Shown here: in pieces, positions 1-8,761 of the stretch
How positions within the stretch are numbered: the first letter of the stretch is position 1
Layout: every line of letters starts with the position of its first letter
Origin: an uncultured virus (IMG/VR IMGVR_UViG_3300025133_000035)
Lineage: Duplodnaviria > Heunggongvirae > Uroviricota > Caudoviricetes
DNA: 20,000 nucleotides
Direction: 5' to 3' (one strand)
Virus record (IMG/VR): IMGVR_UViG_3300025133_000035
Program-made: the position numbers and the translations under genes
Notes under the pieces: generated by a model
What the model was told of the DNA's origin: nothing
The model's database searches: none
The model's input: the letters and a program-made list of their open reading frames with translations, nothing else

Positions 1-20
1 TTACATAACAAAATGCGACA

Positions 21-151
21 GGGTACCCCTCCCCCCCGGGGGGTGGCGCCGGGATCTATGTACCATAGGGGTTGACCGGTCAAGGAAAACTAAGTACGTT
101 CGATCGATAGCGACCCAAAATTCCCAAAATTAAAAAGCTAAGGTTTCGAAA
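21..151. repeat. Non-coding cluster of short palindromes and C/G homopolymer runs
   Basis: GGGTACCC 21-28, CCCCCCGGGGGG 32-43, GGCGCC 45-50, CTATG-tac-CATAG 56-68, TTGACCGGTCAA 72-83, TCGATCGA 100-107, TTTCGAAA 144-151; direct repeat CCCAAAATT x2 at 114-131; no ORF >=60 aa in the track. Confidence 0.6.
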
Positions 152-159
152 GCCAGATT

Positions 160-167
160 CTATTTAC
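160..167 (+). promoter_or_regulatory. Putative phage promoter motif (CTATTTA)
   Basis: TATTTA at 161-166, 4 nt before ATG 171 with no SD; same motif recurs before many ORFs. Confidence 0.5.
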
Positions 168-170
168 TAC

Positions 171-395
171 ATGGCAGCATTTTGCTACAAAAGGATAGGA
201 CAGCCTATGTGCCCATTGTGCGGCGCCAAAATTCTATGGGCATGTCAGGGCATGACAGGACGCGCAAGCTGCTCACGGAGCCTAGGCGCCCCCATAGACG
301 TTAAGGTAGGCGAGCGCCCTAAGAGGCACTGTCCGTGGAAGGGAACATGCGCGAGAACAAAGAGCGGGAATATCGTATTTGTATATGAAGTTTGA
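171..395 (+). CDS. Small Cys-rich hypothetical protein, possible Zn-binding
   Basis: 74 aa with CPLC and five further Cys; preceded by CTATTTA motif; stop overlaps next gene. Confidence 0.55.
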   Translation: MAAFCYKRIGQPMCPLCGAKILWACQGMTGRASCSRSLGAPIDVKVGERPKRHCPWKGTCARTKSGNIVFVYEV

Positions 396-606
396 AATTG
401 GAGACTTAGTGAGTTATAATAGACAGGCAGTAGACTACGTGCCGCACTTGGACAGCGGGATAGGGATAGTGCTTCAGGTCGGAGCGGTCGACGTGCGTGT
501 ACACTCGACATGTCAAGGCAAATCAATATTGGTGCGAGGCAACGATCTGCGGTTGCTGTCGGGAGCAGCAGAGGGACTAAAAAAACAAAGGGGTGAAGAT
601 GAATGA
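385..606 (+). CDS. Small SH3/KOW-like beta-barrel hypothetical protein
   Basis: KFEIGDLV...GIGIVLQV...VRVH...DLRLL pattern; ATG 385 preferred over TTG 379. Confidence 0.6.
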   Translation: MKFEIGDLVSYNRQAVDYVPHLDSGIGIVLQVGAVDVRVHSTCQGKSILVRGNDLRLLSGAAEGLKKQRGEDE

Positions 607-925
607 TCATGGCAAGCACACTCTGCAGTACGCAGGGAGCATTGAGGACGTAGAAAGAATCAGGGAGCTAGCAGAAAGGTTTGCTAAACGGAAGAAGATA
701 CACAACCGATATAAGCTAATCAATGTGAGCACAGAGCTAAACTATTTAAATGAAGCTAAGACAGAAGCAAGCGTAGCATTGATGTGGGAGTTCGAGGATG
801 AAGCTTCAGCATGGCCATTTATCAGGAAGCTGTACCGCTACCTCCAGCTTAGGATGACCGGTAGTGCTGAAGGCGTGTATGCCTCTGAGCGCACGCGCGC
901 GTATAAGAGTATGCATATAGGCTAA
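593..925 (+). CDS. Hypothetical protein
   Basis: 110-aa ORF overlapping previous stop; start GTG 593 or ATG 599; no motif recognised. Confidence 0.6.
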   Translation: MKMNDHGKHTLQYAGSIEDVERIRELAERFAKRKKIHNRYKLINVSTELNYLNEAKTEASVALMWEFEDEASAWPFIRKLYRYLQLRMTGSAEGVYASERTRAYKSMHIG

Positions 926-958
926 GCCTGCTTCTACGGTGGGACACTATGTATCAGT

Positions 959-1303
959 GTGTCCGATGTATACGATCCTTATAACTTTGGCATTAAGCCA
1001 TCAGCGATTCCGAAGGACCAGCTATATTCTGTCGGCTCGTTAGTGCGGCTGCATGATGAACTCTGGTATAATCCTATCCCTCACACTCCTTTTCGAAAGG
1101 CGCAAAGCGGTTCAGCCTATTATGCCGTAGGTATGAGGCAGTGGATGATTGGCGTTATTATTAGGCGCCGTGAACAACAAGAGTATGCCGATCCTGATCT
1201 GTGGTTACCGTATAAGTTTATATACGATGTCTTCTGGTCTGGGGGCGTTGGCATACGACGCGAACAACACGAAGACATATATGTGATCAGTCCGATTAGC
1301 TAA
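959..1303 (+). CDS. SH3/KOW-like hypothetical protein
   Basis: YSVGSLVRL...MIGVII...YDVFW...EDIYVI; GTG start 5 nt after ACTATGTA (variant motif, 946-953). Confidence 0.6.
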   Translation: MSDVYDPYNFGIKPSAIPKDQLYSVGSLVRLHDELWYNPIPHTPFRKAQSGSAYYAVGMRQWMIGVIIRRREQQEYADPDLWLPYKFIYDVFWSGGVGIRREQHEDIYVISPIS

Positions 1304-1338
1304 ACATAAATTCCGAATATTTATTCTCCGCTGTCTGT

Positions 1339-1346
1339 ACTACTTA
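1339..1346 (+). promoter_or_regulatory. Putative phage promoter motif (ACTACTTA variant)
   Basis: One mismatch to ACTATTTA; 4 nt before ATG 1351. Confidence 0.4.
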
Positions 1347-1350
1347 AGGC

Positions 1351-1650
1351 ATGACCGATCCTGAACGCCGTCGCTTAGTAGAGAAATATAAGTTTCGATC
1401 TGGTGATATGGTTATTGATGCCGTTACCGGCGAACGTGGAATATTAATTTCAAGACACCGCATGATCGGAGATATGTACCAACCGTCTCCTTTGTTCGTT
1501 TGGAGGATTACATGGTTCCCTGCTGATCCGGCAAGGAGCCTTTCTCTTATCTGGCATCCCAAAGAATACCCCGAGCACACGCTTATGGTTGCGATTGAAG
1601 AAGGAGATTTTACTTACTACGAATGCCCTAAAGAAAAACCACAAATTTAG
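1351..1650 (+). CDS. SH3/KOW-like hypothetical protein
   Basis: KFRSGDMVID...GERGILI...WRITW; 99 aa. Confidence 0.6.
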   Translation: MTDPERRRLVEKYKFRSGDMVIDAVTGERGILISRHRMIGDMYQPSPLFVWRITWFPADPARSLSLIWHPKEYPEHTLMVAIEEGDFTYYECPKEKPQI

Positions 1651-1788
1651 CTGCTACTAAGTGCTTGATAGGGTGGGAAATTTTTAGAGAAAAGTTTTCG
1701 AGAAAAATAAAAAATTCGAATTCGCCGAGATTAGTCTTCCCCGCTCATAGTTACCTTAGAGTATAAATGAAACTGGGAGGTCTTATGA

Positions 1789-2592
1789 ATGTTCAACAAA
1801 ACGAAGCTGGTGCTGGCGGTCACCTTATCATTTTTCGCTGTTAGTCTGTTGTCTTTCCGGTTAGCCGGCGGCGAATTGGGGCAGCTCAGTGATGTCTCGA
1901 TTAATACCGAAACACTTCTTCGACCTCTCTTATACAATGCTAATGCTAACGATGCCGAGATTGGCACGGAAGATACCGTCGCTCTTGCTGGCGCAGCGCG
2001 CGTCCGGCGCCAAGTGAGGCGCGCCGCCGTAGAGGTAGTCACGCCGATGGGTCGTGGCTCTGGCACTTATTTCGAAATCGACGGACACCACCTTGTATTC
2101 ACAGCGGCACACATTACTCACGGCGCCCGCGTTGTCGAAATCAAAGGACGAAATGGTGAAACAGTATTTGGAACTGTTTTCTTAACTGCCCAAGATGTCG
2201 ACATGGCAGTCGTTCTGATTCCCGAACTAAACTCGCGTACGCCGATGAGGTACAACCCGGCTGAGCGCGAAGACATTATTAATATGGTGGGAGAAGATGT
2301 GACCTATACAGGCTTCCCTTCTCACCATGACTTACTTACTATTGACGGAGTGATCGCTTCAGAAGAAGACGGCAACTTAGTCATGCACTCTTACGGTTGG
2401 CCAGGAGCCTCCGGTAGTGGCGTCTTTGACATGCACGGAAACTTCGTTGGAGTTGTGCGCGCTGTAGACGTCGGCGTCTGGAGCTATCAGCTTCCGCCAC
2501 AGCTTGTAGAGGATATGGTGTGGATTGCTCCTTCTTGGGGAATCACACGCAACGAGATCAGAACACACTTAAGAAGGAGAGGTTCAGAATAA
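1789..2592 (+). CDS. Exported trypsin-like (S1/PA clan) serine protease
   Basis: Hydrophobic N-terminal signal/anchor; GSGTYF, TAAH (catalytic His), DMAVV (Asp), PGASGSGVFD..G..VGVV (Ser); SD GGAGG 1776-1780. Confidence 0.85.
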   Translation: MFNKTKLVLAVTLSFFAVSLLSFRLAGGELGQLSDVSINTETLLRPLLYNANANDAEIGTEDTVALAGAARVRRQVRRAAVEVVTPMGRGSGTYFEIDGHHLVFTAAHITHGARVVEIKGRNGETVFGTVFLTAQDVDMAVVLIPELNSRTPMRYNPAEREDIINMVGEDVTYTGFPSHHDLLTIDGVIASEEDGNLVMHSYGWPGASGSGVFDMHGNFVGVVRAVDVGVWSYQLPPQLVEDMVWIAPSWGITRNEIRTHLRRRGSE

Positions 2593-2624
2593 AAAAAGTT
2601 TATTAATACCGGGAGGGATACATT

Positions 2625-3674
2625 ATGAAAAAAACACTTCTAACAATCGGGGCGATGATTGCATTTATAACAGGATGCACCGGAGGCATCGATTATGTAG
2701 TTCACGCGCCGGGAGGCGGAGAGACCGTATACATATACGAAGATGTGATTGTTGAAGTTGAAGTACCGGTATATATTGAAGTCGAAGTGCCCGGAGAAAC
2801 AGAGTACGGAGAGATCTGGGTAGACTCTTTTGATCAACCTCAAAGCGTTGACGGTGTTGATATCCTTTGGATTATTGATACCTCTGGTTCAATGCATCGA
2901 TGGGATGCCCAACTGATGGCTGGTATTGAAGCCATGCTTGAAGCGCTGCCTGAGAGCGGCTGGCGGCTGGCAATGCTAAGCAACGATCCCACCCAAGCCG
3001 CTACAGAGGCGCAGTTCCCGTTAGTACCCGGTGATGATATCGATGACGCTATGGACATGTACAATGCTATGGGAAGAGGCGGGCGCGAAGAAGGCTTTGA
3101 TGCTGCATACGAATATGTTGTTAACAACTCTTACGCGGCAACGTGGATGCGACCAGATGCAGCGCTCTTGGTAGTTATGGTGTCCGACGAAGAAGACCAG
3201 AGCGATGCGCACTTTCCGGACATTGCAAACTTTAAATCATGGTATGGTTCGTTGCGCGGCGGCAGTGCTTTCTTGGCTAGCATTAATAATGTTGAGCAAG
3301 CAGACTCTGTGTGTACTAGCCCTCCAAACCCAATTGATATTGGCGACAGATATATGGAAGCAACTAACTTCTTTGGTGGAGTTGTTGTAGACATTTGTGA
3401 AGAAGATTGGTCACCCGGAGTGACTGACGCTTCTGCGCGGCTGGAACCGTATGAGGAATTAGAGCTTACATATGTTGTCAGTGATGAATCTACTATCCGT
3501 GTATTTATCAACGGAGCATTGAACTGGGACTGGTGGTACCAGCCCTCTGACAACACTGTATACTTTAATGTAATACCCGCGGGCAACGATCACGTAGAGA
3601 TTGCTTATCATTATGATCCGGATGATCCATACGGCACCGGATCAGGGGCGGACACTGGCGATACCGGCGCATAG
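2625..3674 (+). CDS. vWA-domain lipoprotein
   Basis: MKK + hydrophobic stretch + lipobox ITGC; MIDAS motif DILWIIDTSGSM; MRPDAALLVVMVSDEED; acidic tail DTGDTGA; SD GGAGG upstream. Confidence 0.8.
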   Translation: MKKTLLTIGAMIAFITGCTGGIDYVVHAPGGGETVYIYEDVIVEVEVPVYIEVEVPGETEYGEIWVDSFDQPQSVDGVDILWIIDTSGSMHRWDAQLMAGIEAMLEALPESGWRLAMLSNDPTQAATEAQFPLVPGDDIDDAMDMYNAMGRGGREEGFDAAYEYVVNNSYAATWMRPDAALLVVMVSDEEDQSDAHFPDIANFKSWYGSLRGGSAFLASINNVEQADSVCTSPPNPIDIGDRYMEATNFFGGVVVDICEEDWSPGVTDASARLEPYEELELTYVVSDESTIRVFINGALNWDWWYQPSDNTVYFNVIPAGNDHVEIAYHYDPDDPYGTGSGADTGDTGA

Positions 3675-3681
3675 TTAATCT

Positions 3682-4005
3682 ATGAGCTATCACGATAGCG
3701 ATGATGGCGATTTTATTATAGGTTCGCTGGTGCGCATACAAAGTTGCGTCTCTGATGACAATAATAAAAAAGTAGGTCTTATTATTAGTGGTGCCGATCC
3801 GTGGCGCATGGATTCAATGGCGCAAGCGATCATAGAAAATTGGTTATATCGAGAAACCCTAGATGATGGTTATCTTTTGGAACCAGCGTATGTTGTTAGA
3901 ATTGCAGGGAATGATTGGATCTATTCTGAGAGCGAGCTTGAAATTATTAATTCACCGGTGATTCCCATAAGAAACGCAGTCCATAGCGGCAGTTTTAATG
4001 GCTGA
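3682..4005 (+). CDS. SH3/KOW-like hypothetical protein
   Basis: FIIGSLVRI...KVGLII...YVVRI...YSESELEII; ATG 4 nt after TAGTTA (3672-3677). Confidence 0.6.
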   Translation: MSYHDSDDGDFIIGSLVRIQSCVSDDNNKKVGLIISGADPWRMDSMAQAIIENWLYRETLDDGYLLEPAYVVRIAGNDWIYSESELEIINSPVIPIRNAVHSGSFNG

Positions 4006-4033
4006 ACAACTACTTCATATAGAGGAATTAACC

Positions 4034-4321
4034 ATGACAAACATAACCGACCTTTCCAGCAGCCTATCCGGTGCAATGGATTCTTTGCTTTCATCTCTCC
4101 GTGGCGCGGCACCCTCGCTGGAGACTGTTATCAGTGATGAAGGCACAGAGTGGTTCTACGAACTTAACAAGAGGACTATGGTACGAGTTCCTATAGGCAC
4201 ACCAATAAAAGTAATGCCAAAATATCCAGCCGACGAGAGCGGAAGATTAGTCGCTCAGACTGCAAATGGTGACATCATCCGCATCCCCGAGGGTCGCATT
4301 ACAAAGATTGGGTTTCACTAG
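4034..4321 (+). CDS. Hypothetical protein
   Basis: ATG 4034 has SD AGAGGA (4021-4026), preferred over track start 3998; beta-rich C-terminal half. Confidence 0.6.
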   Translation: MTNITDLSSSLSGAMDSLLSSLRGAAPSLETVISDEGTEWFYELNKRTMVRVPIGTPIKVMPKYPADESGRLVAQTANGDIIRIPEGRITKIGFH

Positions 4322-4409
4322 ATTAGCTAAGCTTTGTTACAATATTTTTACATTTGATAGAGAGTTCGCAAATTTATAGTTTAACTATTTCTTTTATCTA
4401 AACTTATAG

Positions 4410-4418
4410 CTATTTATA
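4410..4418 (+). promoter_or_regulatory. Putative phage (late-type) promoter CTATTTATA
   Basis: In AT-rich intergenic region, followed by SD GAGG 4423-4426 and ATG 4437; heads the run of leader-bearing genes. Confidence 0.55.
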
Positions 4419-4436
4419 GACAGAGGTATATTACCG

Positions 4437-4712
4437 ATGAAAATAAATGAGAAGGCTCTCAAGATTATGATTAGAGAATCCTTAGAAAAAATACGCACGC
4501 AAAACGCGGTCGACCACGCCGGAAAGACAGTCCGGCGAGATGGCATCTCGTTTGAACAGTGGCTCGATGAATTAATTTCTGGAGCTATGCATATGGGGCT
4601 TCCCATAGAACACGAAGACGATTTGCCAAAGGATGTCAACTATTATGATATGTGGCTTTCCGGCGAGAGTAGCGACACTGCCTTGGCAGATTTAAGAGAC
4701 ATAGGAGTCTAG
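4437..4712 (+). CDS. Acidic hypothetical protein with MKI..L..MIRE leader (putative virion/internal protein)
   Basis: Starts MKINEKALKIMIRESLEK; SD present. Confidence 0.7.
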   Translation: MKINEKALKIMIRESLEKIRTQNAVDHAGKTVRRDGISFEQWLDELISGAMHMGLPIEHEDDLPKDVNYYDMWLSGESSDTALADLRDIGV

Positions 4713-4713
4713 A

Positions 4714-5313
4714 ATGAAAAATATTAATTTAAATCAACTGAGGTTGGTTATTAGAGAAACCATGGTAGGTGAAGCCGAAGAGCAGGCGCCCGCAGGACCG
4801 GACGCAAGCGCTTTGCATAGTGCCGGCGGAGGCGAACAAAAGACTGATGTTAGTGTGGTCCTTCAAAAAATTGCAAAGATTGATAAGCCCGACGAATATG
4901 CGCAAGTACTTGGCGCTCTGATCGATCACGGGAAAACTGCCGTCAAGGGCGGACCTGATGTATTAAAGAAACTATATCGCAATCTGTCAGCGATGATGAA
5001 AGAATCTAAGCTCAACGAGGATGACGTACAAATGGAGCCCGGTGGCAACTGGGGTCAGCCCCTGCCCGGTGAGTCTCAACACGAACTTGTGCCCGGCAGC
5101 GTTGAAGACGTCGCAAACCAAATGTTGGATCTGATGGCTGAAGCTAATCTCTCTCATAACGATGCGGTTGATGTTTTAAACCACATAGCTATAGAGATGG
5201 GATTGAATGAGCCCGAAGAAGAGAAGCGACCAATTGGTTTTAGGGAGAATCTTCGACAAGCCTTAATCAAGGAAAACTTTAAGCGAGCACTAAAAAATGC
5301 AATCAAAAAATAG
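4714..5313 (+). CDS. Acidic hypothetical protein with leader motif
   Basis: Starts MKNINLNQLRLVIRETM; related helix at C-terminus (NLRQALIKENFKRAL); begins 1 nt after previous stop. Confidence 0.7.
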   Translation: MKNINLNQLRLVIRETMVGEAEEQAPAGPDASALHSAGGGEQKTDVSVVLQKIAKIDKPDEYAQVLGALIDHGKTAVKGGPDVLKKLYRNLSAMMKESKLNEDDVQMEPGGNWGQPLPGESQHELVPGSVEDVANQMLDLMAEANLSHNDAVDVLNHIAIEMGLNEPEEEKRPIGFRENLRQALIKENFKRALKNAIKK

Positions 5314-5326
5314 AAAGACAGACAAT

Positions 5327-6118
5327 ATGTTGGATACGATCAAAGACTTGATCCGCGAAGCAATGAGCGGCTCAGAGAACCTTAATGCAGAAGAACCCGA
5401 AACAGAAACACACGGTCAGCCCTTGGAAGGTCAAGAGTTGCTTGATGCCTTAGCTTCTGATATCTCCGACATGTATAAGGATATCAATGGGATACGACCG
5501 CGTTGGATTAATTTCAGCGAAATGTCGTTGGAAGAGCTTGAGCAGTTACACGATCAAACTACTCGCCAACACGAAGACTGGTGGAACCAAGAAAGGGTCG
5601 AGCAAGACTTGGATGACTTGGGACAAGAGAACTCAGCCATGGCTCAGCAGATGGTTGACGATGAGTTGGACGCGGCAGAAGAAGAAGAGATGCTCACTCC
5701 CGAAGAGGGCGAAGAGTTTCCTAAGCGCGCAGGTATGCGCCGGCGCATGAACGAAAGTAGGATGCGCAGAGACACTGCGAACAAGCTTTACAATCTTTTG
5801 ATTATGGAGCAAGAGTATGGTATCATAACACCACAAGAGCTTGCACGACTCAAGAGCGCGATTAATAACGTTCTAGGAGTTAACGTTGGTAACCTGATGG
5901 AAATGTTGGATCATAATGATGCTGGCGCAAAACACAACCGGAAGCTCTTTGACGCAGATGGTGTCATGGATTTAATTGACCAAGCATTAAGCAGTGACTC
6001 TGCGAGCCGGCTCGGAGTTACCCAAGATAAGATTAATAGAATTCGTAAGGGAGTATATCGAGTCTTACTTGATGATCCTCAATATGCACACAGCCATGGA
6101 TACTACCCAAGAAAATGA
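5327..6118 (+). CDS. Acidic hypothetical protein with leader motif
   Basis: Likely start ATG 5327 (MLDTIKDLIREAM); central ISDMYKDINGIRPRWINF..MSLEELE segment; track start 5297. Confidence 0.7.
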   Translation: MLDTIKDLIREAMSGSENLNAEEPETETHGQPLEGQELLDALASDISDMYKDINGIRPRWINFSEMSLEELEQLHDQTTRQHEDWWNQERVEQDLDDLGQENSAMAQQMVDDELDAAEEEEMLTPEEGEEFPKRAGMRRRMNESRMRRDTANKLYNLLIMEQEYGIITPQELARLKSAINNVLGVNVGNLMEMLDHNDAGAKHNRKLFDADGVMDLIDQALSSDSASRLGVTQDKINRIRKGVYRVLLDDPQYAHSHGYYPRK

Positions 6119-8247
6119 ACACTAAAGATTTGAAAGACCTCATTGCTGAGGTTTTAACCGAGCTTGACTGGAATGCGGTCGCAATGGATACAGCGGATGC
6201 GGAAACTGAATTTGAAAGAGATGCCGACTGGTGGACAAAAAGATCTAAAGATGAGAAAGAGGTTCTCAAGTTATCCGTGAAACTTGCCGGCATGCCAAAT
6301 GCCAAAAAGCTTAAATTTGATGACATTCTCAGAATTGCTGCAGCCAAGCTTGGTAAAAATGTTGGCGGCTGGCCAGATCGCCACAAGGCATGGAAAGGCG
6401 ATGTTAAGTTCTATCCCAAGGATGCACTTAACTGGGTTTGTACATGGTCGAAGAATGGTTTAGACGGCGCATTTGGAAATAAGATTATTAAACCATCTGG
6501 CGGGTGTCCGGACCACTGGGGCGGCAAGGAAATTACTGGCGGTGGCGCCGGCGGCGAGAAGTGGTCGAAATGGCTTAAGCGCTTAAGCCGAGAAGAGCAG
6601 AGAGTTCTTACGACTTTGAAGTCTAAGGTACTCAACAGAGAAATCCAAGTGGGATCTGACATTTCTGATTCATTACAAGAAGTCGCCGATGAGCTTGGCA
6701 TTAGTACATCAAAGTTACCTTTCTTAAGAAAGCCAGATGTGATAAAGGCTTATCTAGATGAGAACTTACCGCTTAATGAATCCAAGAAGCGAGGATTCGG
6801 CGAAGGCGAACCACCACCAGAAGAGATTTATAAAAAGAGAGAAGTTGTGCAAGAGGCAGACTTGGAAGCAACCGGCGCAGCAGAGGATGCAGGCGAAATG
6901 GCGACGGCATTCGGTGACGCTAGTGGAAAGGAATCAAAAGCCCGCGGAGAGCTAGCAGCCAAACAAGCTGAAGTTGCAAAAATGCAGGGCGCCGTAGCTG
7001 ATGCTATAAGCAGCGAAAAATCTGCTCATCAGAAGATTGCCAAAGCTAAGGAATTGGAGGGCAAGGCTACAGCAAAGGCTGGAGACGTTGCTAAGAGAAG
7101 AGAAGAGTTGGCTTCCGCTCATGATAGTTTGGGCAAAGAGATGCAAAAGCTCGCTGACCTCTCCGACAAGGCAGGTCAGGAATCCCAAGGCGCTTCTGAA
7201 GAAGCTGCCAAAGCAGCAGAAGAAAGAGCAGCAGCTACAGAGAAACTACAGGGAGCCATAGAAGACATGGGGAGCGAAGGTGAGAACCTGAGCAAAGCAG
7301 GAGAAGAAACAGCTAGCGCAGCAGAAGAGTTTGGTGGAGAGTTGCCAAACTTGGGAGGCGCCTTAGCCACGGATCAAGAGACCGCTCAGGATAGTGCCGA
7401 AGAAGAAGCAGAACAGAGAAAAGCAGATCAAGAAGCTCAGACGGCAGATGCAGAAGCAGCGAATGATGAGAGAAAAGCTAGCGCCGATGCTGTACAGCAA
7501 CAGGAAGAAGAACCAGAACCAGAAGAAGAGGAAGAAGAGTCCAGTGCCCCTAAAGCAACATTCGAAGGAATGCTGAAATCAATGATTCGCAAAGAACATA
7601 AAAGACTTGCGGAACGCAAATGGGGAGACAAAAAGGCGCGCCCACAGGCTCCGCCCGAGCAACTGAAAAAGGCTGGGTTAACGGCTGATGACCTGCGGGA
7701 CATGGTGTTAAAAACTGTAGCAAGGGGAGAAGAAGATCGAGATATGCAGATGATCAAACTTCTTCAAGATATGTTAAAGTCCTTGCATTCGATTGAATAT
7801 CATTCAACCCCAGCGAAAGGCGCTCAATCAAAGCATGCACAAACTGCAGCGGGCGCGTGGATGGGAGAGAGTAAGAACCGCGAACAAATACTCAACGCTG
7901 CTAGCACAATTTCAAAGATGCGGCGGGCTGGGCTGATGAGCGAGGCAGATGATTATGAGAGTTTCTTCAGGTGGGCTATGAGTCCGGACTTGACATTGCA
8001 AGAGATTAAGAACGAAGCAGATGCCCAGATAGCTGACGTTGAGGCGGTACTTAAACGGCTTAAAGATGCCACTAGTGGTACCCAAAGCCTTAGAGCCAGA
8101 TTGAAAGCTGCCATTGAAAAGAAACTAAGTGCTGCACCCGATATCGCGGTTCCGGAGCCGGCAGAGGATTCTGCAAGAGCGAGCGCCAAAGCACAATTAG
8201 CTCAATTAAAGAAACAAATGGCAGAAGTTCCCGGTCATCACAACTAA
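6115..8247 (+). CDS. Large Ala/Glu-rich coiled-coil protein (putative virion-associated)
   Basis: 710 aa; ATGA overlap with previous gene; leader KDLKDLIAEVL; Trp/Gly-rich N-terminal domain followed by long A/E/K-rich helical region. Confidence 0.75.
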   Translation: MNTKDLKDLIAEVLTELDWNAVAMDTADAETEFERDADWWTKRSKDEKEVLKLSVKLAGMPNAKKLKFDDILRIAAAKLGKNVGGWPDRHKAWKGDVKFYPKDALNWVCTWSKNGLDGAFGNKIIKPSGGCPDHWGGKEITGGGAGGEKWSKWLKRLSREEQRVLTTLKSKVLNREIQVGSDISDSLQEVADELGISTSKLPFLRKPDVIKAYLDENLPLNESKKRGFGEGEPPPEEIYKKREVVQEADLEATGAAEDAGEMATAFGDASGKESKARGELAAKQAEVAKMQGAVADAISSEKSAHQKIAKAKELEGKATAKAGDVAKRREELASAHDSLGKEMQKLADLSDKAGQESQGASEEAAKAAEERAAATEKLQGAIEDMGSEGENLSKAGEETASAAEEFGGELPNLGGALATDQETAQDSAEEEAEQRKADQEAQTADAEAANDERKASADAVQQQEEEPEPEEEEEESSAPKATFEGMLKSMIRKEHKRLAERKWGDKKARPQAPPEQLKKAGLTADDLRDMVLKTVARGEEDRDMQMIKLLQDMLKSLHSIEYHSTPAKGAQSKHAQTAAGAWMGESKNREQILNAASTISKMRRAGLMSEADDYESFFRWAMSPDLTLQEIKNEADAQIADVEAVLKRLKDATSGTQSLRARLKAAIEKKLSAAPDIAVPEPAEDSARASAKAQLAQLKKQMAEVPGHHN

Positions 8248-8251
8248 ATAC

Positions 8252-8280
8252 TTGACACAGCCCCAATAATAGGTTATGAT
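8252..8280 (+). promoter_or_regulatory. Sigma70-type promoter
   Basis: TTGACA 8252-8257, 17-nt spacer, TATGAT 8275-8280; ATG 8286 follows 5 nt later with no SD. Confidence 0.75.
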
Positions 8281-8285
8281 AGTAT

Positions 8286-8753
8286 ATGAAAAGATGGCAT
8301 ACAGGTTCTGGTTATGAGATTTCGATGGAAAGCATTGAACAAGAGCTTGCTGCCCACATATCTAACAACGGGAATGTCTTTATAGGGTGTGATAGCTTTG
8401 TGAAAGGTGATATATGCATCTTTGCTACGGCTATCTGCCTACATGGTGGCGATCAGCAGCGCGGCGGAAGGTATTATTGGGTTCGTGAGCGGTATCCTGC
8501 AAAGAAGTACCGCAATTTGTCTTATCGTATCTTCTCCGAGGTCTCAAAGGCGGTAGCCATGGCTATGAAGCTCTCAAACCAGTTCCCAGAGGCGAATATT
8601 GAACTTCATATCGATGTATCCTCTAAAGAAACAGCAAAAACCAGCAAATTCGTTGATGCCCTCACTGGGTTCGCGACAAATGCTGGTTTTGTAAGTAAAA
8701 TCAAGCCCTATGCGTGGGCTGCTGCGGCAATTGCTGATAAGCACTCAAAATAG
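8286..8753 (+). CDS. RNase H-like YkuK family (DUF458) protein
   Basis: IGCDS, FATAICLH..GGRYY, RIFSEV, ELHIDV, KIKPYAWAA..IADKHSK match the YkuK family pattern as recalled. Confidence 0.8.
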   Translation: MKRWHTGSGYEISMESIEQELAAHISNNGNVFIGCDSFVKGDICIFATAICLHGGDQQRGGRYYWVRERYPAKKYRNLSYRIFSEVSKAVAMAMKLSNQFPEANIELHIDVSSKETAKTSKFVDALTGFATNAGFVSKIKPYAWAAAAIADKHSK

Positions 8754-8761
8754 GAGTCAAA

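Noticed and set aside
6115..8247. Tape-measure protein call for the 710-aa helical protein
   Set aside because: No tail-gene context, strongly acidic, no periodic aromatic or membrane segments seen
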